Positions 7,861 through 16,749 of a DNA stretch of 64,000 bases are shown one piece after another. A program made the position numbers and the translations under genes. Positions within the stretch are counted from its first letter, which is position 1; every line of letters starts with the position of its first letter. The DNA is taken from NCBI GenBank assembly GCA_945861535.1, contig CAMAUZ010000012.1, positions 11,908 to 75,907 on the forward strand, written 5' to 3'. A model generated the notes under the pieces. The model made no database searches, was not told the origin of the DNA, and worked only from the letters and a program-made list of their open reading frames with translations. The stretch comes from Akkermansia muciniphila. GTDB taxonomy: Bacteria > Verrucomicrobiota > Verrucomicrobiia > Limisphaerales > BJHT01.

Positions 7861-10800
7861 TCAGGCCCAGCGTTCGAGGCCGGATTTCGGGGTGGTGCGG
7901 GTCGCGGTGCCGCCGGAGCGGCGCGGCCCGGGCGCGGTTGACGCGGCGGCGAGCGACCGCTCCTCGCGGAACCGGGGCGGCGGTTCGGAGTGTTGCTGCG
8001 GTTGGTGGCCGGTGCCGGTGTGGGTGCCGCCGTTGCCGCTGCCAGTGCCGGTCGCGGTCCGCGCGGGGTCGGTCAGTTCTTGGGGCGCGAGCGTCGAGCG
8101 CTGCAGCGGCGCGAGGGCGACATCCTGGCCGGCGAGGGTGGATTGGAGCTGTGCCCAGTTTAGTTCGAGATGCTGGAAGTCGCCGCGCTCGCAGCGGATG
8201 AGGGCCTCGGTCCGCCCGTTGCGCTGGCTGATCTGAAGGAAGAGTTCCGTGCGGGAATCGGGCTTCAAGACGATGGCCAGCGCGTCGGCCCCGAGCTGGC
8301 GCACGAGGGTGAGTTCGCGGGAGATCAGGTTCATCACCTTGTCCACGGAAACCTGCGGATGCTCGGGCAACGGTGGCGCGGCGGCGAGGGCGGCGGCGTG
8401 CGGATCGAGGGGAACGCGGGGTGCCCACGGGGCGGTCAGGTCCGCCGGGCCGGTGAGGTCGGTGGGGAAGGGGCGGGCGGCGCGGCGGACTTTCCATTGC
8501 CCGGGGAGGGCGGGGGTTTCCGGGTTGCCCGCCAGGCCCGCCAAGCCCGCCACGAGGGGCAGATTCGGCTGTTCCCGAAGGTTGGTTTGGTTCCCTGCAT
8601 CGGCCGTGTTCATGTTGGAAATAGTGGGAGCAATGGATGTGCCAGCGTCTTCGCGGCGCGGACGGGCGGCGGGGATTGGCTCGGCGGCGGCGCGAGCGGC
8701 GAGAAATCCCATCGGCGTCGGCGGGGTGGCGGATGGGGCGTCGGTGGGGCGAAGGGCCGTGGGGACGGGGCGAACTGCGGGTTGGCGGCCGCGTTCCTCG
8801 CCGCGTTCGTCGCCGCGCGGGGATTTTTCCACGGGGGCCTCATCGCGGGACGGGTTGCGGTGCTCGGGGTTTGATCCGGCAAGGTTTTCCCCGGTGGTGC
8901 CGGTCGGGAGCGGGTCAGCGTCGGCAAAAGTGCCGGGGGTGGGGAGTTCCTGCCGGTCGTGCTGCGCCAGTTCGGCGGTGGTGGCGGTGGTCGCGAGGTT
9001 CGTGGCGTTGGCGGCGTCGGTGGCGACCGCCGGGGACGGCGTGCCGGCAGCGGACGCGACGTTGGCGAGAGAGGCGTGCCGCCAGCCGGGGAGGAGTTCG
9101 TGACCGCGGGCCTGCCAGGTTTCGGGTTGGGAGATGACGCGGCGCAGCGTGCCGTCGCGATCGCGGAAGGCGAGGAGGACGCGTTGTTCGGCCGGCGGGG
9201 CGGGGGCGGGTACGGGGGCGGCGGCGCGGGGGGCGGCGGCCGGCGGCGCGGGGGATGCGGCGGGCGTGATGGGGGTCGCAGTCCAGTGCGCGGAATCGGC
9301 GGCGGCGGTGGATTGGAGATTTGCGGTCGGCGATTGGAGGGGCGTCGCGGGGAGGAGCGCTGCGGCAGGAATGCGGGAGGCGGCGGTGGGTGTGGGTGCT
9401 GAGGCAGGCGTGGCGGGTGGGGCGGAGCGGGGGGCGGGGTTTGCGATTGCGGAATTCAGCAGCGGCGGGCGGTGGGGAGCGGCGGACGGGACGGGGGCGG
9501 CGGCGGGCGGAGCAGACGCGGAGGAACGGGGGAGCGTGGGGCCGGGGCTGGCGGGTGGGCCAGGTGGGGTGGATTTGAGATTTGAAATTGGCGATTGGCG
9601 CGGCGCGGCGGGGCCGGTGGGTTGGGAGGGATCTGGGGTTTGCGATTTCAGCGCGGTGGTGGAAGGGGCGGGCGGAACGATGGGAACGGACGGCGCATTG
9701 CGGGACGACTGGAGCGGGTGCCCGGCTGGTTCGCCCATCGCTGAGCGGGCGGGCAGAGCGGGTTCGGGAACGGGGCGGAGGGAGGCGGAATTGCCGTCGC
9801 CCGGAAGGCGAGCTGGCGGGGAAATGGAGGCATGGGAATCGGCCGGGGCATGGTCGGAGGTGCCGTTCGGCGGTTGAACGGGAGCGGGGATTGCGCGATC
9901 GGGGAGGGGGCTGATTCGCGCCGGCAAGCCGGGCGGAAACAATGTGTCTCGACCCGGAGACGCGCGGAACGGGATGACTGGCGTGGCCGGCGGTGCGGTG
10001 CGTTCGGCGTTTGCGGGGATGGTGGGCCGAGCGGGAGTGGCGGGTTCAGATTTCCCCGGCTGGGCGGGGCCGGGTCGTCCCGGCAAGGCGCGTGGAGACA
10101 ATTTGTCGCCATCCTGAGGTTCGTGGAGCGGGAGCGGTTGCGCCGACGACGGCGCGGGTGGCTCACTGTTCGTTGGGACGGTGGCGGGGGCTGGAGTTGC
10201 GAATTCAGATTTCTGCGGCAGGGCGGCGGACGGGGCGTCGGTGGGCGCGGCGGGCTTTGAGGATTTGACGGCGGCGGCGGATTCGGAGGCTTCGAGATTA
10301 ATCCATTCGACCTGGATCAGTTCGGGTTCGCTGGCAATGAAGAGGGGCGGAGTTTTCGCAAGGAGCGCGGGCGGGGCGACGGCCTCGGTCAGGCGGATGC
10401 CAGCGGCGGCAGGCGCTGGCGTTGGCGCTGGCGCGGTGATCCCGGTGATGGCCGGGCGCGGCGGAAGCGGGGTCACGGATGGGGTCGTGGCGGTGGCGGT
10501 GCCCGTGGTCGAGACGGCGGTCGCGACGGTGGCCGTGGCGGCGGGCACGGAGCGCGTGTTGACGAGGGGGAGCAGGGGGAAGGTCCGGCGCGTCGGCTCG
10601 GCGCGGCTGACGGCGACGGGCGCGGCTCCGGCCGGGCGGGGTGCGGATGCGGGGGCCGCCACGCGGCGCTCGGGAGGGGTGGGCGTCGCGGCGGTCGAGG
10701 TCGGGCTTGGGGTTGGGGTTGGGCGCGTCGCGGACGATGCGGCGGCCGGGCGCTCGGGGCTGGGGGGCGGGCTGGAAAGGGTCGGCGCCGCCGAGGTTGA

Positions 10801-13302
10801 GGCCGCTGGCGTGTTGGTCTGTGTGGCCGTCGGCGTGGGTGAATTAGGATCAGGAACTGTCGGCGGGGGCGGGGATGCCGGGGTGTTGGGAGGGGTGGCG
10901 GGGGCGGGGGCGGAATTGAGATTTGAGGTTTGAGATTTCGGAACGGTGCTGGAGGCAGCCGGCGGTGTGAGGGGCGCAAGTGCGGCTGGAGCGGGCGAGC
11001 CGGCGGCATTGGAAATTGGTGATGAGAGATCGGGGGCGGCGGGAGGCGGCGGCAGCGGAACGGCTGCGGTGGTCAGTGGAGTGACGGGGGCAGCGGGTGT
11101 CGCGGCTTCAGATTTTACCGATGCGGGTGCGTTGGGAGTGGGAGCGGGAGCTGGTGCGGCGAGGGCGGGGATGCCGGACTGCGCACGCAAGGAGTTGCGA
11201 TTTGGGATTTCAGATTGCGGATCGGCGGCGGAGGGGGAGGCGGCGGGAGTTGGGAGGGGTGCGGGTGTAGTCGGTGCGGGTGGGGGATTTGAGACTTGAG
11301 ATTTGAGATTTGGGGCGGCAGGGGACGGCGGCGGCGGGGGAACGGCAGCGGCGACCGGAGCGGCGGGGGCGGCGGGAGTTGCAGTTGCAGTTTCTGCCGG
11401 CGACACCGAATCGGAAGCGGCGGGAGGAGCGGGAGTGGCGGAAGGAACTGGAGTGGCGGGGGCGGCCGCGCGGGACTGGGCGGGCGCGGCATTGAGATTG
11501 GCGAGTTGAGAATTCCGATCGGCGGTGGGACTGGACGAATTGCGGGCGGAGATTTCCGTTTTGGGTAGTGGGATGGCGACGGCGGCAGCGGAGATGGGAG
11601 CAGGCGTGGTCGGGGCGGCCGGGGCTGGGAGAGATGAGATTTGAGATTTCAGCAGTGATGCGGAAGCGGCGGCCGTGGCGAGCGGAGCGGGACTTGGAGC
11701 GAGCGAGGCGGCGGGAGAGGCAGGTTCGGATTTTACCAATGATTCCGCAGCAGAAGCGGCAGTGGGCGTGGACGTGGCGGGCGCGGGAGATTCGGAAGGG
11801 GCGAGCGGCAAGGCGGGGTTTGAGAGTTCAAGTTTCAGCTCGGGGCCTAGGTCGGATGAGCTGCGAACTGAGATTTCAGATTTCAGACCAAACTCCGAAA
11901 TCGCCGGGGCCAAATCTCCCGCGAGAACAGGCGGCCTGACCGTTTCGCTCGGCAACTTGCCGCGCGGATGGAGGCGGGCATCCGCGCTTTTTGCCGCGTC
12001 GTTTTTTGGGTTAAGCGTTCTGGCCGTTCCGCTGGGCTGGTAGCCCGGCGGCACAGGCAGGTAGCCAGTGCCACCCGTCTCCGTTGTGGCGTTTGGGCTT
12101 GGATCGGGAGCGGCGGCGAAAGCTGGCGGGCGCGGGGTGGGCACGGACGGCGGTAAGAAAGGCCCAGCGGCCGCGGCGGACGGAACGCTGGCTGCGGCGG
12201 TGGGCAATCCGGAATTTCCATCGGAAATTTCGGAGTTGAGCGGCGGGGGCGACGGGGTGGCGGAGAGCAGTGGAATCAGGGGTGCGTGGAGGACGAGGTA
12301 GCACTGCGCGGCGAGAGTGGCGGCGGCGAGGGCGGTGGCTTCGGTGTCGCTCGCGGGGGCGCGCGGGGGCGCGGGAGGAAGGTCGTTGTCGGCGGGCGGA
12401 GCGGCGGAGTCGGTCTCAGGCGCGGACAAATCCGCGGCCGCGGGGGTGAGCGCGGGAGCGGGAAGGGGCGCCGGGGTGGTGGGGGAAAAAGTTGCGAGCG
12501 GGACGGCGGGTTCGAGTTCGCGCGGGGTGGATTGGAGATTTGAAAGTGGCGGTTTCCGCGCGGGAGCAGGAGTCGCTGCGAGGGCGGGCGGCGGCGCTGC
12601 GTGCAGAGTGGGTTCCGCGTCGGTGCGGTATTCGAGGACTGGAAAAGCGCGGGGGAAAGTTGTTTCGGTCGGGGTGGATTCCGCTGCGGCGGGCGGGGCG
12701 GGGAGCTGGGTGAAGGGGTGTTCCGGCGGCGGTGCGACCGTCGTCTCGCTCGGCTCCGGGAGCAGGAGAGACGGGGCGAGGAGAGGCTCGGCGGTGGGTG
12801 GTAAATCCGCCTCTCCCAATATCGCTGCCCAGCCTTCGTCACGCGCGGGCCATGCGGAGAGAGGGAGACCGAGGCGGGGTTCGTCCGGGCCGCTTGGGCG
12901 CGAGTTTGCGAAGCGACGGCTGGCCGGTGGGACGGGTGCGGATTCGGTTTGGTGCGGGATGGTTTCGGGAAGCGCGTCGGCTTCGAGCAAGTGAAAATCA
13001 GGCGCGGTGCTCGCGTCGTCTGGGGCGGTTTCGATTGCGTGGGGAGCGGGCTCCGGAGGGGCGGGTGCCGGTTCCGCCGGGAGGTCGGCGAGCGCGAGAT
13101 CGTAGTCGGAGGAGAGTAGCGCGCTGAAATCTTCGGGCGCGGGCGTTGGGTCGGGCACGGGCGCGGGCGCGGACCAGCGGTCGAGGAACGCGGAAAAATC
13201 CGCCACGCTTGGCGGGGCGGCGTCAGCGGCCGGGGCGGCGGCGGGGGCGGGGGCGGCGAGGAAGGGGAGGAGGTCGGTGGGCGGGGCGCTGGTGGCGGTC
13301 AT
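7861..13302 (-). CDS. fliK: Flagellar hook-length control protein FliK, giant form (1813 aa), Pro/Ala/Ser/Thr-rich
   Basis: Uninterrupted 5.4-kb ORF. ATG 13302 overlaps the upstream stop (ATGA). The C-terminal region VDKVMNLISRELTLVRQLGADALAIVLKPDSRTELFLQISQRNGRTEALIRCERGDFQHLELNWAQLQSTLAGQDVAL fits the FliK C-terminal (Flg_hook) domain. Position between the ylxF-like gene and flgD. Confidence 0.75.
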   Translation of the reverse strand: MTATSAPPTDLLPFLAAPAPAAAPAADAAPPSVADFSAFLDRWSAPAPVPDPTPAPEDFSALLSSDYDLALADLPAEPAPAPPEPAPHAIETAPDDASTAPDFHLLEADALPETIPHQTESAPVPPASRRFANSRPSGPDEPRLGLPLSAWPARDEGWAAILGEADLPPTAEPLLAPSLLLPEPSETTVAPPPEHPFTQLPAPPAAAESTPTETTFPRAFPVLEYRTDAEPTLHAAPPPALAATPAPARKPPLSNLQSTPRELEPAVPLATFSPTTPAPLPAPALTPAAADLSAPETDSAAPPADNDLPPAPPRAPASDTEATALAAATLAAQCYLVLHAPLIPLLSATPSPPPLNSEISDGNSGLPTAAASVPSAAAAGPFLPPSVPTPRPPAFAAAPDPSPNATTETGGTGYLPVPPGYQPSGTARTLNPKNDAAKSADARLHPRGKLPSETVRPPVLAGDLAPAISEFGLKSEISVRSSSDLGPELKLELSNPALPLAPSESPAPATSTPTAASAAESLVKSEPASPAASLAPSPAPLATAAASASLLKSQISSLPAPAAPTTPAPISAAAVAIPLPKTEISARNSSSPTADRNSQLANLNAAPAQSRAAAPATPVPSATPAPPAASDSVSPAETATATPAAPAAPVAAAVPPPPPSPAAPNLKSQVSNPPPAPTTPAPLPTPAASPSAADPQSEIPNRNSLRAQSGIPALAAPAPAPTPNAPASVKSEAATPAAPVTPLTTAAVPLPPPPAAPDLSSPISNAAGSPAPAALAPLTPPAASSTVPKSQTSNLNSAPAPATPPNTPASPPPPTVPDPNSPTPTATQTNTPAASTSAAPTLSSPPPSPERPAAASSATRPTPTPSPTSTAATPTPPERRVAAPASAPRPAGAAPVAVSRAEPTRRTFPLLPLVNTRSVPAATATVATAVSTTGTATATTPSVTPLPPRPAITGITAPAPTPAPAAAGIRLTEAVAPPALLAKTPPLFIASEPELIQVEWINLEASESAAAVKSSKPAAPTDAPSAALPQKSEFATPAPATVPTNSEPPAPSSAQPLPLHEPQDGDKLSPRALPGRPGPAQPGKSEPATPARPTIPANAERTAPPATPVIPFRASPGRDTLFPPGLPARISPLPDRAIPAPVQPPNGTSDHAPADSHASISPPARLPGDGNSASLRPVPEPALPARSAMGEPAGHPLQSSRNAPSVPIVPPAPSTTALKSQTPDPSQPTGPAAPRQSPISNLKSTPPGPPASPGPTLPRSSASAPPAAAPVPSAAPHRPPLLNSAIANPAPRSAPPATPASAPTPTAASRIPAAALLPATPLQSPTANLQSTAAADSAHWTATPITPAASPAPPAAAPRAAAPVPAPAPPAEQRVLLAFRDRDGTLRRVISQPETWQARGHELLPGWRHASLANVASAAGTPSPAVATDAANATNLATTATTAELAQHDRQELPTPGTFADADPLPTGTTGENLAGSNPEHRNPSRDEAPVEKSPRGDERGEERGRQPAVRPVPTALRPTDAPSATPPTPMGFLAARAAAEPIPAARPRREDAGTSIAPTISNMNTADAGNQTNLREQPNLPLVAGLAGLAGNPETPALPGQWKVRRAARPFPTDLTGPADLTAPWAPRVPLDPHAAALAAAPPLPEHPQVSVDKVMNLISRELTLVRQLGADALAIVLKPDSRTELFLQISQRNGRTEALIRCERGDFQHLELNWAQLQSTLAGQDVALAPLQRSTLAPQELTDPARTATGTGSGNGGTHTGTGHQPQQHSEPPPRFREERSLAAASTAPGPRRSGGTATRTTPKSGLERWA

Positions 13303-13997
13303 GTTTTCGGTTTGTCAGCGGCTTTGCGGGAGACGGAGAGGCGGAGGCGTTCGGAGATGAGGGCGGCGCGTTTGGCGGCCTGTTCATTGGGACGGGCGAG
13401 GGTCTCGAGGATCGGCGCGGTTTCGGTCTCCTTCATGAAGAGCATGATCTTGACGACCACGGCGTCGCCCATTTCCCGCATGATGGCGGCGGCGGAAACC
13501 GGGTCCATGACCGCGTAGGTCTTGGCCAGTTTCTTGAGATTGGCGACCTCCTCGTCCTGCACGCGGGCGATGGTTTTATCCATGTCGTCCTGGACCTTGG
13601 AGACGGTTTGGGCCAGCTCGGCCTGGGTTTTGGCGACGGTCCGGTCGAACTCGTCCTGCAACTGTTTGACCTCCTTTTTGAGGGCGTTGAGTTCGTCGCG
13701 TTCGGCGCGGAGGCGGACTTCGAGTTCGAGCATTTGTTCGCGGCGTTTGGCCAGCGCGCCTTTTTCCTCGCGCAGGTCGCGCACCAGCTCCTCGATTTCG
13801 GGATTGGTGAATCCCCACGAGGCGGCGGGCTCGCTGGACTTCGGTTCGACCGGTTCGGATGGCTCGTGCGCAACCGGCGGCGGCGCGAGGGATTTGGCGG
13901 CGCGCAGGGCCAGCCCGGCGGCGATGGCGAGGAAGACCACGCCGCCGAGCGCGGCGGCGAGCCATTTGGATTGGAGGAGCGGGAGGAGTTTTCCCAT
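13299..13997 (-). CDS. MotE/YlxF-family flagellar protein (N-terminal TM, coiled coil, MgtE_N-like C-terminus)
   Basis: 232 aa with a long heptad-like charged region, then KKLAKTYAVMDPVSAAAIMREMGDAVVVKIMLFMKETETAPILETL. Occupies the ylxF slot between fliJ and fliK. Confidence 0.6.
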   Translation of the reverse strand: MGKLLPLLQSKWLAAALGGVVFLAIAAGLALRAAKSLAPPPVAHEPSEPVEPKSSEPAASWGFTNPEIEELVRDLREEKGALAKRREQMLELEVRLRAERDELNALKKEVKQLQDEFDRTVAKTQAELAQTVSKVQDDMDKTIARVQDEEVANLKKLAKTYAVMDPVSAAAIMREMGDAVVVKIMLFMKETETAPILETLARPNEQAAKRAALISERLRLSVSRKAADKPKT

Positions 13998-13998
13998 G

Positions 13999-14472
13999 TC
14001 AGTTCCAGACCAGTTCTGGGGTTAAGGGGGTGGCGGACGGCGGGTCGGCGCGGCGGGCGAGTTCATCGAGGAGCTTCTGTTCCTCGCGGGTGCATTCGCG
14101 TTGGTAATTTTTCTGCTGCGTCTCGAGAAATTTCACGACGACTTCGCGGTTTTGCTGCGCGGTGATCAACTGGAGCAGCGCGAGGCGGGCGGCGGCTTCG
14201 GCGCGGGCGACGGCGTCGCGCTGGCGCTCGAGCCGCTCGCCGAGGCGCTGGCAATGGGCCTGGCGCTGGACGAGGTCGGCGACGGGGCAGGCCCGCGTCA
14301 TCAAGTGCCGCAGTTCGCCCCAGCCGGCGGCGAGATCGGTCTCGATGGCGGTCAGGTCGTCGAGCGCCTGTTGCTGGAGCTGAAGCCGGCGCGCGTAGAA
14401 TTCGAGGGCGGCGCGTTCCTCGCGTTCGCGGACGGTGAGGAGGGCCTGAAGGGTAAAGCGGAAGTGTTTCAT
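13999..14472 (-). CDS. fliJ: Flagellar export chaperone-escort protein FliJ
   Basis: 157-aa coiled-coil ORF MKHFRFTLQALLTVREREERAALEFYARRLQ... directly after fliI. Confidence 0.7.
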   Translation of the reverse strand: MKHFRFTLQALLTVREREERAALEFYARRLQLQQQALDDLTAIETDLAAGWGELRHLMTRACPVADLVQRQAHCQRLGERLERQRDAVARAEAAARLALLQLITAQQNREVVVKFLETQQKNYQRECTREEQKLLDELARRADPPSATPLTPELVWN

Positions 14473-14478
14473 ATCCGG

Positions 14479-15873
14479 TTAAACGGCGGATTTCAGGGAC
14501 GGCTGAAGGGGTTTGTTGGGGCGAAGTGGCGCGGGCGTCGGGTTGGCGAGCGCGGTGGCGAGCTGGGTCCAGCTCTCTGAGGCGGTGAAGCCCGCGCCGA
14601 CGGATTGGCGGGCGAAGTGTTTGAGCGGCTCGTGCAGGGAGATGGCGTGGTCGATGGCGGCGTTGCTGCCCGCGGGATAGGCGCCGATGTTGATCAGGTC
14701 CTGATTTTTCCGATGCACCGCGAGGGCCTCGCGAGCGCGGCCGGCGAGGGCGAGCTGTTCGGGCGTGAGGAGATCGCGGACGAGGCGGCTGACGGAGTCG
14801 AGGACCTCGATGGCCGGGTAATGATTCTGCGCGGCGAGGTCGCGGCTGAGGACGATGTGGCCATCAAGAATGGAGCGCACGGAATCGGCGATGGGATCGT
14901 TCATGTCGTCGGCCTCGACGAGGACGGTGAAGAAGCCGGTGATGGAGCCGGTTTCGCCCATGCCGGCGCGCTCGAGAAGCTGCGGGAGCATCGAGAAGAC
15001 TGAGGGCGTGTAGCCGCGCGTGGCGGGAGGTTCGCCGACGGCGAGGCCGATCTCGCGCTGGGCCATGGCGAAGCGCGTGACGGAATCCATCATCAGCAAA
15101 ACATTTTGGCCGCGGTCGCGGAAATATTCGGCGACGGCCATGGCGATGAAGGCGCCTTTGAGCCGCGCCAGTGCGGGCTGGTTGGAGGTGGCGACGATGA
15201 TGACGGATTTTTTGCGGCCCGCTTCGTCGAGGTCTTTTTCGAGGAACTCGCGGACTTCGCGACCGCGTTCGCCGATCAGCGCGATGACGTTGACGTCGGC
15301 TTCGGCGTGGCTGGCCATCATGCCGAGGAGCGTGGATTTGCCGACGCCGGAGCCGGCGAAGATGCCGAGGCGCTGGCCGCGGCCGCACGGGATGTAGGTA
15401 TCGACGGGCTTGATGCCGGTCTGGAAAACGTGGCGGATGCGCTGGCGCTTGAGCGGGTGCGGCGGCGGCAGCATGGCGCTGACGGTGCGCTCGGCGATGA
15501 TCGGGCCGAGGTCGTCGAGGGGCGCGCCGAGGGCGTCGATGACGCGGCCTTTGAGACATTCGCCGACGGGAACCTGGAGCGGTGCGCCGAGGGCAATGAC
15601 TTCGCTGCCGGGGTGGATGCCGTGGACTTCGCCGAGTGGCATGAGGAGGACGTGGCTGCCGCGGAAGCCGACGACTTCGGCGAGGGTCGAGCCGTCGTGG
15701 CGGGCGGATTCGATGCGGCAGACTTCGCCGACGGCGGTGAGCGGGCCTTCGGATTCGACGACGAGGCCGATGAGTTGCACGACGCGGCCGCGGTTTTCGA
15801 GCGTGCGGGTGGCGCGGATGCGGTCGAGGGCGTGGCCGAGGCGGGGGCGGGCGGGGGGAGAGGAGAGGGACAT
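14479..15873 (-). CDS. fliI: Flagellum-specific ATPase FliI
   Basis: 464 aa; Walker A GIFAGSGVGKSTLLGMM, Walker B LLMMDSVTRFA; F1/T3SS-ATPase-like throughout. Confidence 0.95.
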   Translation of the reverse strand: MSLSSPPARPRLGHALDRIRATRTLENRGRVVQLIGLVVESEGPLTAVGEVCRIESARHDGSTLAEVVGFRGSHVLLMPLGEVHGIHPGSEVIALGAPLQVPVGECLKGRVIDALGAPLDDLGPIIAERTVSAMLPPPHPLKRQRIRHVFQTGIKPVDTYIPCGRGQRLGIFAGSGVGKSTLLGMMASHAEADVNVIALIGERGREVREFLEKDLDEAGRKKSVIIVATSNQPALARLKGAFIAMAVAEYFRDRGQNVLLMMDSVTRFAMAQREIGLAVGEPPATRGYTPSVFSMLPQLLERAGMGETGSITGFFTVLVEADDMNDPIADSVRSILDGHIVLSRDLAAQNHYPAIEVLDSVSRLVRDLLTPEQLALAGRAREALAVHRKNQDLINIGAYPAGSNAAIDHAISLHEPLKHFARQSVGAGFTASESWTQLATALANPTPAPLRPNKPLQPSLKSAV

Positions 15874-15918
15874 GGGAATTTCGAGTGGGGAATTTCGAAT
15901 GGCGAATAGCCGATAGCA

Positions 15919-15953
15919 GATGGCCGATGGCCAATGGCCAGTGGCCGATGGGT
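15919..15953. repeat. Five tandem heptamers (gatggcc gatggcc aatggcc agtggcc gatgggt) in the fliH-fliI spacer
   Basis: Read directly from lines 15901-15960. Preceded by two ggaatttcga units at 15873-15898. Confidence 0.6.
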
Positions 15954-16534
15954 TAGGAAATGAGGGATTTTTGGAGGAGTTCGAGCTTGGTTTCGCGGCG
16001 GGCGTCCACGAGGCCGAAGCGGGTTTTTACGAGGCAGCCGCCGCGGGTGACGGCGGGGGAGGCTTCGAAGTGGAGGCGTTCGGTCGCGCCGTTGGGGAGG
16101 GCTTGCGGGGTGTTCAGGCGTTCGACCAGGGCGAGGTCTTCGGGGTGGAGCTGGACCCAGCATTCGCCGGCTTCCTGGGCTTGATCGAGGGCTTCGCGGA
16201 TGGTGGCGGCGATGGACTCGGCGGTGATCGGGAGGTCGGCGACGAGTTTTTGCGCGACTTCGAAGGCGAGAGTGACGAGGGAGGTTTCGCAGTCGTGGAT
16301 GGTGGTGGGCAGGGCGTCGCGCAGGGATTGGAAAATGCCGTTTTGAATTTCGATCAGCTCGGCGCGCTGCTGGAGGAGTTGCGCGCCGAGGGCGCGTTCG
16401 CCTTCGATGCGGCCGCGCTCGAAGGCGGCCTGCTCGCGGTCGGCGAGGAACTGCGGATCCATGCCGGCGGGCACGAAGCGAAGCGCGCGCAGGGGGCGTG
16501 AGAGGCGGAGGGGTTCAGGGGCGGGCGAGGTCAT
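15953..16534 (-). CDS. fliH: Flagellar assembly protein FliH
   Basis: The C-terminal ...LHFEASPAVTRGGCLVKTRFGLVDARRETKLELL is the FliH/T3SS stator signature. ATG at 16534. The TTG at 16549 given by the ORF track lies inside repeat R6. Confidence 0.75.
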   Translation of the reverse strand: MTSPAPEPLRLSRPLRALRFVPAGMDPQFLADREQAAFERGRIEGERALGAQLLQQRAELIEIQNGIFQSLRDALPTTIHDCETSLVTLAFEVAQKLVADLPITAESIAATIREALDQAQEAGECWVQLHPEDLALVERLNTPQALPNGATERLHFEASPAVTRGGCLVKTRFGLVDARRETKLELLQKSLIS

Positions 16535-16537
16535 GGG

Positions 16538-16686
16538 AAAAAGCTCCAAGGATAAAGCTCAAAGCTCAAGGGAAGGGCCAAGGAACAAGCGTTTCCAAGG
16601 GGCAAGGGGCGCAGGTTTTTTAGCGTGCTATTTGGACCTTGGCGCTTGGTGCTTCCCTTGAGCTTTGAGCTTTGAGCTTTGAGCTT
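16538..16686. repeat. MITE-like element R6, short copy
   Basis: Terminal inverted arms aaaagctccaaggataaagctcaaagctcaagggaag / cttcccttgagctttgagctttgagctttgagc. A longer copy is at 24289-24517. Confidence 0.85.
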
Positions 16687-16749
16687 CACAGCATGCCCGC
16701 GGGATTCGGGGCGGGAATCAGCGGTGAAATTTTTCACACGCATCGCGGC

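Noticed and set aside
7748-13127. Dozens of 60-290-aa ORFs on both strands inside the fliK interval
   Set aside because: All are off-frame products of a Pro/Ala-rich, repeat-laden GC-rich gene (Gly/Arg/Trp- or Arg/Pro-rich), and none has a recognisable domain.
15905-15920. Sigma-28-like -10 box (GCCGATAG) in the fliH-fliI spacer
   Set aside because: It is on the plus strand, antisense to the operon, and has no matching TAAA -35 at the right spacing. It is most likely part of the spacer repeat.
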